From NCBI RefSeq assembly GCF_009914755.1, contig NC_060931.1: a DNA stretch of 64,000 bases; one strand, given 5' to 3'. Position numbers and translations under genes: made by a program. The notes under the pieces were generated by a model. It made no database searches and was not told where the DNA came from. It saw only the letters and a program-made list of their open reading frames with translations. The first letter of the stretch is position 1, and the number at the start of each line of letters is the position of its first letter. Shown here one piece after another: positions 1 through 14,116 of the stretch. This stretch comes from the human T2T-CHM13v2.0 reference genome, Homo sapiens.

Positions 1-699
1 CAGTGGTAGAATTGAGACTGTAAATTATACTAGGTAAAACAATGAATTTCTATCCTGAAGAATTAGGCATTATATATTACAGAAGGTGGCCTTTTTCAGC
101 ACCTGGAAGCACATTTTCATTAGGCTACTTCCTCACTCACTCCCAAGGAAACAGAAAACTGTAGTTAACTTTTAGAATAACTTAACTGTAAAAATCCTTA
201 GGGTAAGAGGAAAATTCCAATAGTAATTGGCATCATAATTACCTAAGATATCTATACATTAAGTCAGGATCTGAGATTAGCAGAATAAATTAAAAGGAAA
301 TGGAAGTTCATTCCAAGTTATGTCTTATATTCTGAGTTATTTTACTCTTAATTGGGGAAGCCATTGCCTTCTGTACCACATGGCATTCCAATTAATCTTC
401 TGGTAGTGTGTAAGTAATGTGCATGTTAGTTCCACTTATGGGATGATAATATATCATAAACAGCTAAAATTGTCTAGAAATAAGGCAAGCAGCTTCATTT
501 CATGACCTTTTAATTTCTGTCAAGCTAAAATATCCTACAGGGAATTAATTCATTTCCACATCTGGAAAATGCTGAGTACACGTACCAGTTAATTTTTGTG
601 GCGAAGAAACTTATTGAGATGTAAAATTGTGAGTGTGTGGGAGGGTATACTATGTTATTTCAGTGTTTGGGAACCCCCCCATTAATCTCCAATCCCCAG

Positions 700-925
700 A
701 AAGGTTTTCCTCCTCTTTGTTTCAGGAGCTCTTTCAAGCCCAAAGCATGTACTACTAGCTATTGTTAGGACAACCACACATCTCACTTTTCCCGGGACAT
801 TACAACAGTGCTGTTGATGACAGTTTTACCTCCCCACTCCCCTACCAGGTTTTCCTGGGAACATATCCTAAGAAAATGCTTTAATACAAATCAGGGTCTC
901 TTTCTGAGGAGCCTAATCTAAGACG
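700..925 (+). mobile_element. ERVL LTR fragment (LTR16/LTR33-like 3' end)
   Basis: Ends in 'cagggtctctttctgaggagcctaatctaagac', resembling the recalled LTR16-family 3' terminus; 5' boundary approximate. Confidence 0.4.
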
Positions 926-3084
926 GACAGCTATATGTGTTGCATTCTCAGGATTGCTAATAGCTCCTCCCCGAAAAGGCCCTGATTTAAAAAGCTATTT
1001 ATTCAGGCATTCAAGCTACTACAAAAAGATAACTTTTTGAGGACATTATTCTATGTTCCCAAAAAAGATATGGAAAATGATAAACAAGTGGGTATGGTGT
1101 GGGAAACCTAACATGATGATGGACAAGAGATTTTCCAACCAGTGGGCCTGATCTAAGGTCTGTGGTTTCCAAGACAAGTACGATAATGTGCAGGGTCCTT
1201 GCAATACCCTGGAGGGGATGGAGGACATTGGTTATTTACTGTGACTAAAGGCTTGATGCTAGCTGTCAGGGTGTCTGTTCTTATAAAAATCTTCTATTCA
1301 CGGAAACAGCAGAGACCAACCTGACTGTATAGGCTATGCCAGTTTGGACAACGTTCCTATCAGCAAACAGCCAGTACTAAAGCATGAAGCTATTGGAGAC
1401 TGGGCTTCATATGGCCCCGAGCTGTGTATGTCTCAGCCCTAATAATGATCAACATTAAATTTTCCATTAACACCAATGGATGGAAATAAGTCACATTTAA
1501 TTAAATTTAAATAACATAAAGTAACATGAGCTTTTTCTGAATATCCAAGCTTGTGGCTACAGATTTATAACATCACATTTTACAGAATTGTATAATAAAG
1601 CTAATAATTATTAAATTTCTCTTTAAGTTTTAGTTATAACTTCTTAAGAACCCAGAAGGACCACCAAATAATTTTTGTATTTATTTGAAGCTTGTGAAAT
1701 GAATCTAATTTCTAGTCTTAAAATGTGAATAATATTCAGGATCATTTTGATGTTAACTTCCAGTGATCTCAAAATAATATCCATGAAAGTGAGCCAAATA
1801 TTTCAGGAGCATAAATGCATAGACAGAATGTGATTAGATTTGTAGGATTTCAAATTGAGTATTAACAATTAAATTACAATCACCATGCTATCATGCATTC
1901 ATAGATCAAAAAAATTACATATAGGGCTGAAGTAAAATATTAGATTCACCTTTATTTAATGGAGATATAAATTAAGTCATATGAACAGGATGATATTAAA
2001 CATACAAAACGAAAGAGTATATTTTCTATTGTGTTAAAAACTGAGCTGTTAATCAATTTCCTTGGCTGAATTAGCATAACAAGACCCCAACTTTTAAATG
2101 CACTTAATTTTTTATTATTAATACTCCTTCAGTGAAGAAATAAAATTGAGAAATTAGAAGACATGATGAATAGCCTTTATTCTAAGGTCAGATATCATAT
2201 ACTCAAAGCTAATAGAAAATATCATTCTAAGCCATAGCAAATGAGCCCTACCAACATAACAAAGTGCTGATATCAGCCTGGAAACCATCTTGAATGTCAA
2301 GGGATATGGTCTTCATTTGTGGTGTTTGATTGTTCATATAAATATTTAATGGGAATATTATTAGACTATTCAGTTGAGTGAAATAAACTGATGGTACAAG
2401 CAGCTAAAGAAGCTTACTTAATATTCACTAAATGAAGTGGCATAATAACTTATTTTGCAATATATATAAGTCTTTTGAGATATTTTATACATTCAAACTT
2501 TTTAGCACTGTTTAAAAGGTGTCATTACTGCCATAATGATGAGTTTTTAATGTATTTTTATGGTTAATGAACATATAGCACACATTTTATAGGAAAAATG
2601 AAGACTGTCATCCACATTATACCTGGTGGAAATAAGGTACCTCTAATTCTGAAGGTTGGCTTACCTTTAATATAGCTTCATCGAATCTTACCATAAATGT
2701 TAACATTATACTACATAAAATCTCTCAGTGAACTTCTCAAGAGTAGAACTGAAATGATCAAACAGATAAGGTAGAAAGCTTTTTAACTACATGTAAGCTT
2801 CGAATTTTTAGAAAAATTTAGTCAACTATTCAAGTCAAGTATATTTTAAACATTATTTTAGCATTTAATCTGAAGAAAAATTTGGAAAAACAGATTTTAT
2901 AGAACTGTTAGGGGTTAATATATTTACATATAATATTACTCAAATTGTCTCTATAAATGCTGCATACGTTAGTTGTTTTAAAACATTATTTAAGGATCAT
3001 GTGGCTCTATGAAGAATAATAAAATATGTAGAAAATATACAAAAAATTATACTCTATCTTTTAAAGGTATGATTTTATGGATGA

Positions 3085-3138
3085 TTTTTGTTGTTAACTT
3101 GCTTTTGTTTTTGTTTTGTTGTTTTTGTTGTTGTTTTA
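3085..3138. repeat. (TTG/TTTTG)n simple repeat
   Basis: gcttttgtttttgttttgttgtttttgttgttgtttt seen directly. Confidence 0.85.
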
Positions 3139-3720
3139 CTTTATCTCTTAATTTTACCTACTTGAAAAAAATTATTCAACCTTAGGGCAATGGCAATCTA
3201 GGAAATTAGACCAACCTTGAGACTGAAATAAAAATTCGTTAAAACTCAGCTTGAAGTCAGCACAGAGCTACGAAAGCAGTGAAGAATCATGGGGTAAAGA
3301 CCTGGGAAATGAATAAAATCCAGGGAGGTGAGCCTCATACTTGGGGTTGCTGATTTCTGTAGGTAAATCTCAAAAAGACTGAGAATATGAGCAGAGTTTA
3401 GACAACCTCACAAGACTTGGGAAAAAAAGTTGGTGTTCAGGGAGCATTAAAGAGAGAGGAGACTGGTGCATACCCCTGTCTCTGGATAAAAGGAAATTTT
3501 GAAGAGACTGACATTTCAAAATATTTTAGTTGTGGATCTCCTCAATAACAAAATTAGATCAAGGTGCTATGAATTGCATGTGGCCCTGACCATTTGCTAC
3601 TAGAAAGTATAAATATTCTTTGTGGGACTATAATATCATCTTAGACTTCAATTTATTTCATGAAGTCCAAAAGAACTAGTCATATGAGGTAGCAAAATTT
3701 AAAAAGTAAAAACAAAGTTA

Positions 3721-3790
3721 GAAGCAGAAGACAAGAATAAGAGGAAGAGGAGGAAGAGGAAGAAGGAGAAGAACAAAGAGGGAAGAAAGA
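3721..3790. repeat. GA-rich (GAA/GAG)n low-complexity tract
   Basis: gaggaagaggaggaagaggaagaaggagaagaac. Confidence 0.8.
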
Positions 3791-4959
3791 CTATAAAAAA
3801 GGGATCCACATGGAATCCATTTAATGGAGTTATCAGACACAAATTATACAACCACGTTTCTTCATATAGTCAAGGATATAAAGCATGAAATTAGAACCTT
3901 AAAAGAGAATATATAAGAATTACATATTAACATATGTCTGTATTAATAAAAGATATTAAAATTTAAATGGAAACTGTAGAACTAAAAAATAAAACAACTA
4001 AAATTAATAGCGAAATAGAGCAATATAACTCTATATTAGATACAATTGAAGAAAGTGTAGTAAATTGGGAGGAGAATCAGAAGAATATATCCAGAAGAAA
4101 GCCCAGAGACACAAAATGATGGACTTCACAGAAGAAAAAGTGAGAAACATAGGAGCCATAGTTGTGAGCTAAGGTATATGCAAATAGAAACACAAAAGTA
4201 GAAGGGAGAGGTTAGCCAATAAAACTGCTTATAAACCTGACACAGCAAAATAAGAAAAAATAGTAAATCTATCTAATCTTATTTTTAAATTATTAAATGT
4301 ATGTTTTAAATTTTTTCAACAAATAAAATTACATTTTCTAGTTGTTTTCATCAGTTTCCACCAAATGGTTAAGACAAAAAATAACACTCCCATGATACGA
4401 CAGAGAGATCTTTTCATATTTTATGAGAAAAAGATAATCTGAACCTAAACCCAAAATGACATTAAAAGCAAGGTGCTGCAGAAAAATTTCACATTAGGCA
4501 TAGATTTTTAAAATATCAGCAAATTAAAGCCATGCCAGATTTAGTAATAGATAAAAATTATGATATATCATGATCAAATTTGGTTCATTTACGGATATGC
4601 AAGGTTTTTTTAACCTTTGATAATCAACCAATTAAATCATTCATTTTAACAAAATAAAGAACAAATGTCACCAATTTAATCTACTAAATTGAAAGAGAAA
4701 ATATATTTTATAACATTAAACATATTCATGATTTAAAAAATTAAACTTCTAACAAATTATGAATAGATGAAACTTCATTAATTTGATAATGGGTAGGCAC
4801 AGAAACCGTAGAAGAAACATACTGCATGTAGAAGTGAACTATTGAATACTTTCTCTCAGAGATTAAAACCAAAAGAAAGGTGTCCCCCATCAACATATCT
4901 ATTAAGCATCATGCCTGAAATCATAGCAAATGCAATAAGGCAACAACAACCACAAAAAC

Positions 4960-5145
4960 GTAAAATTAGCGTGGTATGGTGGCGTGTGCCCATAGTTTCA
5001 GCTATTCTGCAGGTTGAGGCAGGAGGATTGCTTGGGCACAGAAGCCAGGAGTGGGAGGGTACAGTGAGCTATGATCATGCCATTGCACTCTAGCTTGCTT
5101 GACAGAGCAAGACCCTGTCTTTAAAATTAGATAAATAAATAAATA
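4960..5145 (+). mobile_element. Alu right monomer (FRAM/AluJ-like)
   Basis: 'gaggcaggaggattgcttg...cagtgagctatgatcatgccattgcactctagc...gacagagcaagaccctgtct' followed by a (TAAA)n tail. Confidence 0.85.
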
Positions 5146-5419
5146 CATGTAAAAGAGTGGAAAAGAAAAAAGAATGTGCAAATAACTGTTTTAGAATTAA
5201 TATGCAAATTTTGCAAAGTTGTTGGATACAATGTAAAAAGGTTGAAAGAAAAGTATACGTGTGTATATATGGGCTATGCAATACCATCAAAATATTTCAA
5301 ATACTTTAGAATAAATTCAGTGAAAGAATGCCACACAGAGCATTAGAAAACGTTAAGGCAGACTTAAGATCTAAATAAATGAAAGTATACACCTGGTCCA
5401 AGAATGGAGAGATTAATTT

Positions 5420-5549
5420 ACTTATTTGTTTATTTACTTTTAGTTTAAAGCTTTTTTTTAATGTTTTATTATTTTTTAACTTTTATTTTAAGTTCAGCAG
5501 TACATGTGTAGGTTTGTTACATAGGTAAACTTGTGTCATGGTGGTTTGT
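5420..5549 (-). mobile_element. Short L1PA13-16/L1PB 3'-end fragment
   Basis: T-rich tail then 'ttttatttaagttcagcagtacatgtgtaggtttgttacataggtaaacttgtgtcatgg'. Confidence 0.8.
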
Positions 5550-6887
5550 AGAAGATGTTATTTCTCCCCAAATATATTGGTATACTCAATATAAAATTAA
5601 ATATAAAGAAGTATGAATCTCAGCAAAAATACTAGCAGATTTTTATTTCAACATTGGTAAACTGCTGTGGATTTGGAAATGCCAGGGACATGTTCAACCA
5701 AGACACCCTTGAAAAAGTGGAATAAGATGATAGGACTTGTCCTATCAGAGATACGGACTTAATATAAAGCAACAATAAATTGAGAGTAGGTATTGACTAG
5801 GATGAATAAATACATCAATACAACAGACCAGATATATCAGATCAGCCTCATGAATATCTATAATTTTATATGTGACAAGAATGACACTATAGTAAGGGAA
5901 GATTGTTATTTCAAAATGGGACAGTGCTAATTGGGTAATTATTTGTATGCAAAAAAAGACCTTAACTTTTACTCATATCATATATAAAGTAACAATGGCT
6001 GGTGCATTGTAGCTCTAAATATGGAAGGCAAAACATGAAAAATTTTAGAAAACATTGAAGAACATCTCTATGACATTGAGTAGAGAAATATTTTGAACAG
6101 GACTCCCAAAAGTATTAACATTAAAAAATTGATGAATCATACTACATTATAATTATGTATCAAAACATAGTGTTAAGACAAAAGACAGAATGAGGGAAAA
6201 TTTTGTGATCCTTATGATCTAGAAAAGGCTTATATCTAGAGTATGAAAAAAACTACAAACCAACAAGAGTAAGACAGAATCCGAAAGAAAAGAGGCAAGA
6301 GACTTAGGCACTTTACACAACAGAATCTCAAAATGGCTAAAAATGGAAAGAATAGAAAAGAAAATGTGTACAACTTCACTAGTCATTTGGGAATTCAAAC
6401 AAAAACCACTACAGTATATCATGACACACCCTACAGAATGGCTATACAGATTGATAATACCAAGTTTTTACAAGAATCTGAAGCAACAGGATTTCTTGTT
6501 CACTGCTCTTAGAACTAAAATTTAGTATGCACTTTGGAAAACCATTTTGTACTATTTACTGAATTTGAAAGTAGATAGTTTATATGAGTTTGAAATTCCA
6601 TACCTGTCTAGCATATACAGGTGCACCGGTGCAGAAAGACATGTTGAAAATGTTCACAGCAGCCTTATTTTTAATTGCTATGAACTGGAAATAACACAAA
6701 TGGCCATCAAGAATGGAATAAATGGCTGTGATATAATTGTTCAATGAAACCATATATGACAATGAAAATAATCAAACTTCAGCTACATATACAACATAAA
6801 CATGATACTGATTAAAAGATGCCAGACACAAAATAAAAACATTTTGTATGTTACAAAGGCATTAATTCAGAGGACCAAACATACATA

Positions 6888-7965
6888 CAACTGACCCTTG
6901 AACAGCAAGAGGGTTAGAGGTGTCTACCCCTATGTAGTCAAAAATACATGTATAACTGTTGACTTCCCAAAAACTTAACTACTAGTAGCCTACTTTTGAC
7001 TAGAGGTCTTACCAATAACATAAACAGTTGATTAACACATAATTTGTATGTTAAATGTATTACATACTGTATTTTTGCAATGCATTGAGCCAGGCAAAAT
7101 AAAATGTTATTAAGACAATTATAAGGAAGGGAAAATACATCTACTGTAACTACTGTACTTCATTTAATGATACCATAATTTTGTGCTATCTGTTTTCAAG
7201 ATGAATAGTCTGAAGTGGTGAGAAATGGCAGCTGCAGACCTCATTCTATGGTACATATCAAGTAATCAAGCCTTTTCTTGTAATGTCATGACTTTTCTCT
7301 GCTCCTTGGGGGCACTTCCAGCATCACTAGTGGCACCTCCTGTGGTTTCCATGGTGTTATTCAAGGTTTATGGTATTGCACTAAACATGATGAAAAAATA
7401 CACGAGAAGCACAAGAGATGTTTTACTGAGATACGCAATTTCCTGGAGAGATGAGCCACTTATGCAGAGATAATTAACATCACAAAAGTGTTTTAAGTAG
7501 ACACTCTCAACACTTGACTCCACCACAATAGCTACAAGAGGGGACTACAAAATTATTACAGTAGTTGAGTGTGTACTACACTTAATTTTATGCCAGTTAT
7601 GATTTAATACTGCGTCTTTACATTTGTTTACATTTCTCTCAACTGCAATTGGTGCCATGTACAGTCTGTGTTTGTGTGGGTAAGTTTTGAAGAACTTTAA
7701 CTTTTTATAATAGATTTGTGTATATTTTATGGTAGTAAATGCTAAAACAGACTAGTGTCTCTGTATATTTTATGCATTTATGGCATACATACATTTTTCT
7801 TAATTTTTGATATTTCTAGACTACACAGTTTGTCTGCAAGTTTTTTCGAATTGTCACAAATTTCAAACAAAAGTGTTCCGACATATATATCGAAAAAAAA
7901 ATCCATGTATAAAGGGACAAGTGCAGTTGAAAGCCATGTTGTTCAATATGTTTAGGGTAAAACTG
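6888..7965. mobile_element. Tigger2-family DNA transposon deletion derivative (Tigger2b-like, ~1.08 kb)
   Basis: TA + 'caactgacccttgaaca' left TIR; right TIR 'tgttcaa[tatgttta]gggtaaaactg' with an 8-nt insertion. Confidence 0.85.
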
Positions 7966-9169
7966 TTTTCCAACATATGCATTCTTTTACTAGAATTTGT
8001 AACACTAAGCAAAATGCACTGCATATAACATGCTAAAGAAAGTCTTGCTATTGGATAAATCCATTCGTTGGATAAATGTTTTAGTGAGTGATTTCTATTA
8101 TTCCAATTGGATTGGATCTGTTATGTAACTCAAAATCATCCCTCCTAAGCAGTTTTGCATTTAGGTTACATATGGTTAAACCAAGGGGAATAGAAAGGGT
8201 ACAGAACAAAACAGAAAAGATCATGTTACAAACTGTATGACATTATTGATCTCTTATAATAATCACTTGGAATGAGTTTCTACCTACAAGGCCAGCTCAA
8301 AATTTTCATTTGGTTAGGGAACGTAAACTGTTTTTCTTAGAACTGAAATCACTTGTCAGAAAAGGAGACTACAAAACGTGATGTGGACACAAGTACCAGT
8401 GACAGGTTTGATGGGACGTACCTAGAAGCTGTGTTTCCAGGCTCTGATAATTTAGTTCCACTGAACTATAACATTAAGCTTAATTCTCCCTCATAAAATA
8501 CAGCAATTACAGGTGTAAATCAGACCCCTATTCAGTATCAGTGTTCTGTGGCAGTGGGGAATATTTAAGAGACACTGCTACTTCCTTTCTTCCTGATTTT
8601 GAGAAGTCGAGTAGAACCTTTAGAAAGACATTCCAACTTTTTTCTCTCCAAGTCAAACTTTTTAGCTGAATATTACTCTAGCGTATTTCTGTAATACTAA
8701 CTAACATATGGCCAAGTGTAAATCTCCTGAGGTAATGAGTCTATTTCCTCTTGCTACAGAGAAGATTGAAACCAAAATGCTAAAGAAAATCAATATACTG
8801 AAATCCGAGTAAGTAACTCATAATGTGTTTCTTAGAATGTCAAAACTGGAACAAGACACTGAACCTCTCTGCTTAAACTTAAAAACAATAATTCTGTAAT
8901 ACAGAATAGGATCCATGTGGATAAGTGAACATATGTATTTCTTAAAAGGGAAAACTGAGACTAGCCTATGATGTAAATCTAATATTTGAACATTAATTTT
9001 AACATGAAAGGTATTTTTAGTGAGACTAAATATCTTGTGACTAGATGTCATTCCACAGAACTCACAGATAAAATCCTAAATATACAGCATCATCATATTG
9101 CTCTTTATTTCCACTGGGAAAATAAACTTAAGCTATAGTAGCAGAAACCCAGTCACATATATTGAGGAC

Positions 9170-9255
9170 TACCTTAATAGCAAAGGTCACTGGATTCAAG
9201 AATGGACTTATTTGGAGTAGAATTTGGATTCTGCTACTGTGTAGTTATTGAATAA
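9170..9255 (+). mobile_element. MIR fragment
   Basis: 'aaaggtcactggattcaagaatggactta...ggattctgctactgtgtag'. Confidence 0.4.
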
Positions 9256-12200
9256 TAAGACTCACCTGTCTAGCATGACTTTTATGCATTTTCAGCTGAA
9301 GCCAAAAGAATGAATCAGATACACTTTCAAGGATCTTTGCTATCATATAATTCTTCAAGATTGATTCAATATATTTTAAGAAGCGTAATTCAAAGATCAG
9401 AAGGCAGGGACATACATAGTATTGTTGTGAATACAAATCACTTCTGTAATATTTACAGATGTGGATAGATGGTGGATATTGAGCTTTTTGCTATCTTATC
9501 ATTTGTCAATTTTTCATGAGAAAACTATAAAATTCCCAATATAGTAAGCTTTCTGATGGTTGTATTTTATTATGTGAAACCAAGTTTAATATAATGAGGA
9601 AAGCATTTTTGATGAGTTTTATTTGGAACCAGCACATTTTTGTAATAACATGAAATCCCATTTCTTTTGTAGACAAATGTATACCATATATTGTTGGTAC
9701 CAAAATACTGTTAATTTGATTTTTTTAAACTGTTTTCAGTTACTCCAGATCTTATCAGAAGAAAAATTAATGAAAATCAAACCCTCTAAAAAGGCTTTGT
9801 GTGGTTGAGATTAAATTATATCATACTCTTTCCAAAGCTTGATGTTTGTATACTAAATGTTATCACCACACAATTGTGGTTTTATCACCATATCTTTCTG
9901 TGCCCAATTTATTAGCAGCAAAAAGAAAGGAATTTTAAAATCTACATTTTGATGCATTATATTACATTTTCTATAGTTTTCACATATCTGTGTATTTGCC
10001 TTAAATTATCCTTTTTATGATACATGGCATTTCCTTTTTATTTCCTTTGAGTAAACATCATAAAAAGAATGATGAGAATACACAACATCAGAATATCAAT
10101 GTTTAGAATAAAACATCAATTTAAGAAGTACTGGTAATTTTCTTTATAGAATAAATTCAAACTTGTCTTTGTCTTTAGTAATAAAAGTTTGGAGTATCCC
10201 TTTGTGTCAAAAATAGATCATTTAGGGCAATCGGATGATGAGGTGTTTATTGCACCAACAAAAATCACATCAGACACGTTGGATGAAGAAATTCACACAG
10301 GCTGTGATCAGTTAGGAATGAAGGCAGTTATCACACTGCTTATTTTTTACCACTTTTGTTCACCTCAAATTTCACCATTATGTTACTGTATAGAGAGCTG
10401 AATTATTTTAGCCATATCCTCTCCTCTGGTGTATATGTCTGTAATTTGAAGTCATTTCCAGTAGATGGCAAAATAGGTATCGTATCCAAGTATACAGTTC
10501 TATCATAGCAGACATAACTCCTATGATAATGGATACCATAGGAGATCATAAGCAGTGGCATTTTTAGAGCATATTAAAGAATACTGTTTATTTTTAAATA
10601 CACTATGTAACTCAATTGGGAAAAGGAGGCTGACATGTACTGAAGATAATTTGGCAAGCATAATTTTAACAATAACAAAATACTCTGAAATCTATTTCTA
10701 TACCAGGCCCCACAAACATTTTCAATTTTTGTCACTAGGATATATAATGTGTCATAGTTGAAGACTTTCCAGGTCATCTAATTTCACAGATTTCAATCTA
10801 GCTTGTTACCTCTGCGTATGGAGTTCCTACTTCTGATCTACCCTGGCCCTTTGGAATTTGATGCATGTCCCAGCAGCCAAGACACTCCAGCCACACCTGC
10901 AGTAGCTTCATATCCTCTCTACACCCTTCTCCTACTATTTTTGAGATCCTGGCATACACGTTATCTGCATTCTTCTGACCCTCTCTTTACATTTCTACAT
11001 TAATTTTGCTTTTTCTAGGCTTGATCGTTGCATTCTCTAAGGATGCAGGCTGGGCACAACCCTATTTTCTCTCTTAGCTCCTCAGGTGGGATATCCAGCT
11101 CCCACATTCTCTTGACCTGTCACTGACCCCCTGGCAGAGTCTATTCCACATCTTATAAGAACAAAGTCTTCAATTCTTAGCTGCCTAAAACATAATACAG
11201 CTAACAAATCGTGACTTATTTTTATTTCTGGCAGAGTCCTTAGAAGACACTTTTGCTCCTTAAAGAGTTGACTGAGCACTTGCCATGTGAACATAGTCAA
11301 ATATAAATGACCCTCGATATTTCAAATGTCTGGAGAAATCTGCCAATGGATTGCTGTTCCCACTTAAACATTTCTGATTTTAAATTCTGGGAAGTACCTA
11401 CAGACTAGAAAGCTGAGAAAAGAGATAGCTTTGTTTTTTCAATGAAGCATTTCGTTGTTCAACTTTAATTAAAACAGATGTCTTATGTGAAGATTCTTTT
11501 ATTTACATAGAATACACTGCTGAAACACATGCTTTCACTCTCTGAAAAGCCTTTACTGACCAGGAAAATGAGGCCAGGCTAACTCATCTTCATTTAACTA
11601 CTTTGAAATTTCAAACATTTCAATTTCGAGTGCTCTTCACAGCATCTTTCATGCTAAGCTCTACGTATGGTTCTGCACAATGCCAAGCGAATTACCACAG
11701 AAGGAGTGAGAATGACAATTGACCAATCCTTGATTTTTATTCTTGAATCTGTCAAGACTCCTCAGTGGGAAGTGGGTTAATGTTTGCAGAAGGCTCTCAA
11801 TATAAATCTCAGAGGCTATAGGGCTAAACTTGAGTGCCCATCTTATGAATCCCTTTAACAGCTATGTAACGTTCTGCCCTATACAGTCTTTATTTTCAGA
11901 TTTAAAATCTGAAAATTCCTAGAGTTATATTCTCAAGCCTGAGCGTGTGTGATGATTTGCCGATTTTGTGAAACTTACTTTACTCACTTCTTTTCTCTCA
12001 TCTGATAGGTTGATGACTTTTTTACTCTGAAGAATCCCTCTACTTGTATCTTAAGTAGATAATAAGGAAAGTCACTTCCCCTCCTCGCTTTTTGTTTTTA
12101 GGTTTTCTTTCTTTTATTCAACGTCTCATTAGTTTCTCTTTCTATCAGGGCTATTTCTTCTGACTAAGGTATTTGAAAGAGGTACTTTTTTCCTCTTTTT

Positions 12201-13126
12201 TTTCTGGCTCCCACCATGCCAGGATGCCACCAACTGCAATGCAAAAGCTATAAGGAGTAAGTTTCCCTATTTTGTTTCCTTTTAAACATGTAGTGCAGTG
12301 TTTTACATAAAACGAGTCACAGCATTTTTTTTTCAAAGACTGATTGATTGACCTACCTTTTCAATATGAGGTGATGTAGCAGCCTCATAAAGTGTTGATA
12401 TTCATTTCCCATGTCACTTTTCTGACAGAACATGGGTTACACAGGGCATTTCCTGTACTTTAATTGAAAACTGGCATTGTAGATCTTCCTCAGAAGATTG
12501 TAAGTATGCATAAATTCATACATCCTTGGTAAGAATTCTCTCTTGCTGGCTAAAGTTGAAGAGAATGATTTCCATTTCTATAGGAAAAAATAAAACAGAA
12601 AAAGCATTGCATGCAACATAGTGAATGCTTAGTAAATAATAAACATCAACAATAATCATTTATTTTGAACAAATACTTTCAATTTTACAATGTTAATGGT
12701 AAAAAAATTAGCTGAGATTTTTCAAAATATTCAATATCAAATTGTATTTAGAAAGAAAATTTCCACTCACCACTACTAAAAATACATGAGAAAATGGTAA
12801 GTAGATGATTCCAAATATTACCAACCATGATGATAATCACAATGACAAACCTAATAGAAATAAAGTTATATACCACTTGGATGATGATGACTAAAGTTTC
12901 TCTAGAGATCATTTCTTTCTTCACAGAAGCAATACATGTTTATAGACAAAGAAAATTCATGATTCTACTATCCTTGTAAAAATATGAATTAGTAATTTTA
13001 AATTATTAAAGTTACCACTTTTCTAAGATTTTTTACCTCAGAATTGGAAATTATCAAAATTCAAAACTTAATTCAATTTAAAAAGAAATGTAAAACTTTC
13101 CCTGATATTTAACTAAAGTGACTAAT

Positions 13127-13382
13127 TTTTTTTATTATACTTTAAGTTCTAGGGTACATGTGCACAATGTGCAGGTTTGTTACATACGTATACAGGCACC
13201 ATGTTGGTGTGCTGCACCCATTAACTCGTCGTTTACATTAGGTATATCTCCTAACGCTATCCCTCCCTCCTCCCCCCACCCCAAAACAGGCCATGGTGTG
13301 AGATGTTCCCCTTCCTGTGTCCAAGTGTTCACATTGTTCAATTCCCACCTATGAGTGAGAGCATGCGGTGTTTGTTTTTTTG
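13127..13382 (-). mobile_element. 5'-truncated L1PA5-like 3' end with 13-bp TSD
   Basis: 'ttattatactttaagttctagggtacatgtgcac...'; TSD taaagtgactaat at 13114-13126 and 13383-13395. Confidence 0.95.
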
Positions 13383-13849
13383 TAAAGTGACTAATATTTA
13401 ATATTAGATAGTTTAGGTATTTTTACATAAAATAAGCAGTTTTGACTAGAATAATTTAGTTCTCAGGTTAACTAGAGATGTGGTTTATAGGGAGTCCTGT
13501 AAAAATATATTTTGCAAGATATATATGGTAACACTCTACTTTTTCAACAAACTCAACCCTATAAGTTTAGAACTGTAAAGGCTACTTCTTATATAAAAGT
13601 ATGTAAAACTAAATCCTAGTGTTGCCTTTATTTAAAATCTATTTATACCTACTACATTAAAAATTATTTATTTTATGTCCAAGATGATAGTTGACTGTAA
13701 CCTCTTGTTTTCTCCTCAGGTTCCCTTCACCAGCAAGGAGAATGTTCAATGCTAAAGACTTAGAGGCTCCTCTTTGACTGAAGAAATTTACCTCAGCTAA
13801 ATAGGAGCAAACTTGTCTGCTCTATTCCAACATTCCCACCTCTACTGCA

Positions 13850-14116
13850 CAGAACAGTCATTCCAGAATGACATGAGGGCACATAAGCCTAGAGCATTTG
13901 CTTCAAGGTGCAGAACAACTCTATGGTTTAGTCCATGTTCTAGTACTTCTCATAGGACCAGGCTGAAGTTAGTTTTCAGCAAAACTGCATTCTTGCTTGG
14001 CTTTTTCCCTTTTCTAGCCTGCTATGCCCATGTCTTCTCCTGAGAGTCCTCCCTTGATATATCACTTTAACAGAATCCTCAACTCAGCCTCTCCTTCTAG
14101 AGAATCAGGCCTACGA
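13850..14116 (+). mobile_element. ERVL LTR16-like fragment
   Basis: 'ccaggctgaagttag...tctcctgagagtcctcccttgatatatcact...ctcagcctctccttctagagaatc'. Confidence 0.55.

Larger units (their letters stand above)
3180..6860 (+). mobile_element. Old L1M LINE relic (5'/ORF1, ORF2 and 3' fragments), interrupted by an Alu monomer and an L1P fragment
   Basis: A-rich strand; ORF1-like ~3960-4130; ORF2-like 'tatcatgatcaaatttggttcatttacggatatgcaagg' ~4566; 3' motif 'aatgttcacagcagcc...aactggaaataacacaaatggccatca' ~6650-6710. Confidence 0.7.

Noticed and set aside
7225-7473. Possible transposase ORF in the Tigger element
   Set aside because: The element is a ~1.1-kb non-autonomous derivative and the peptide shows no HTH or DDE motif.
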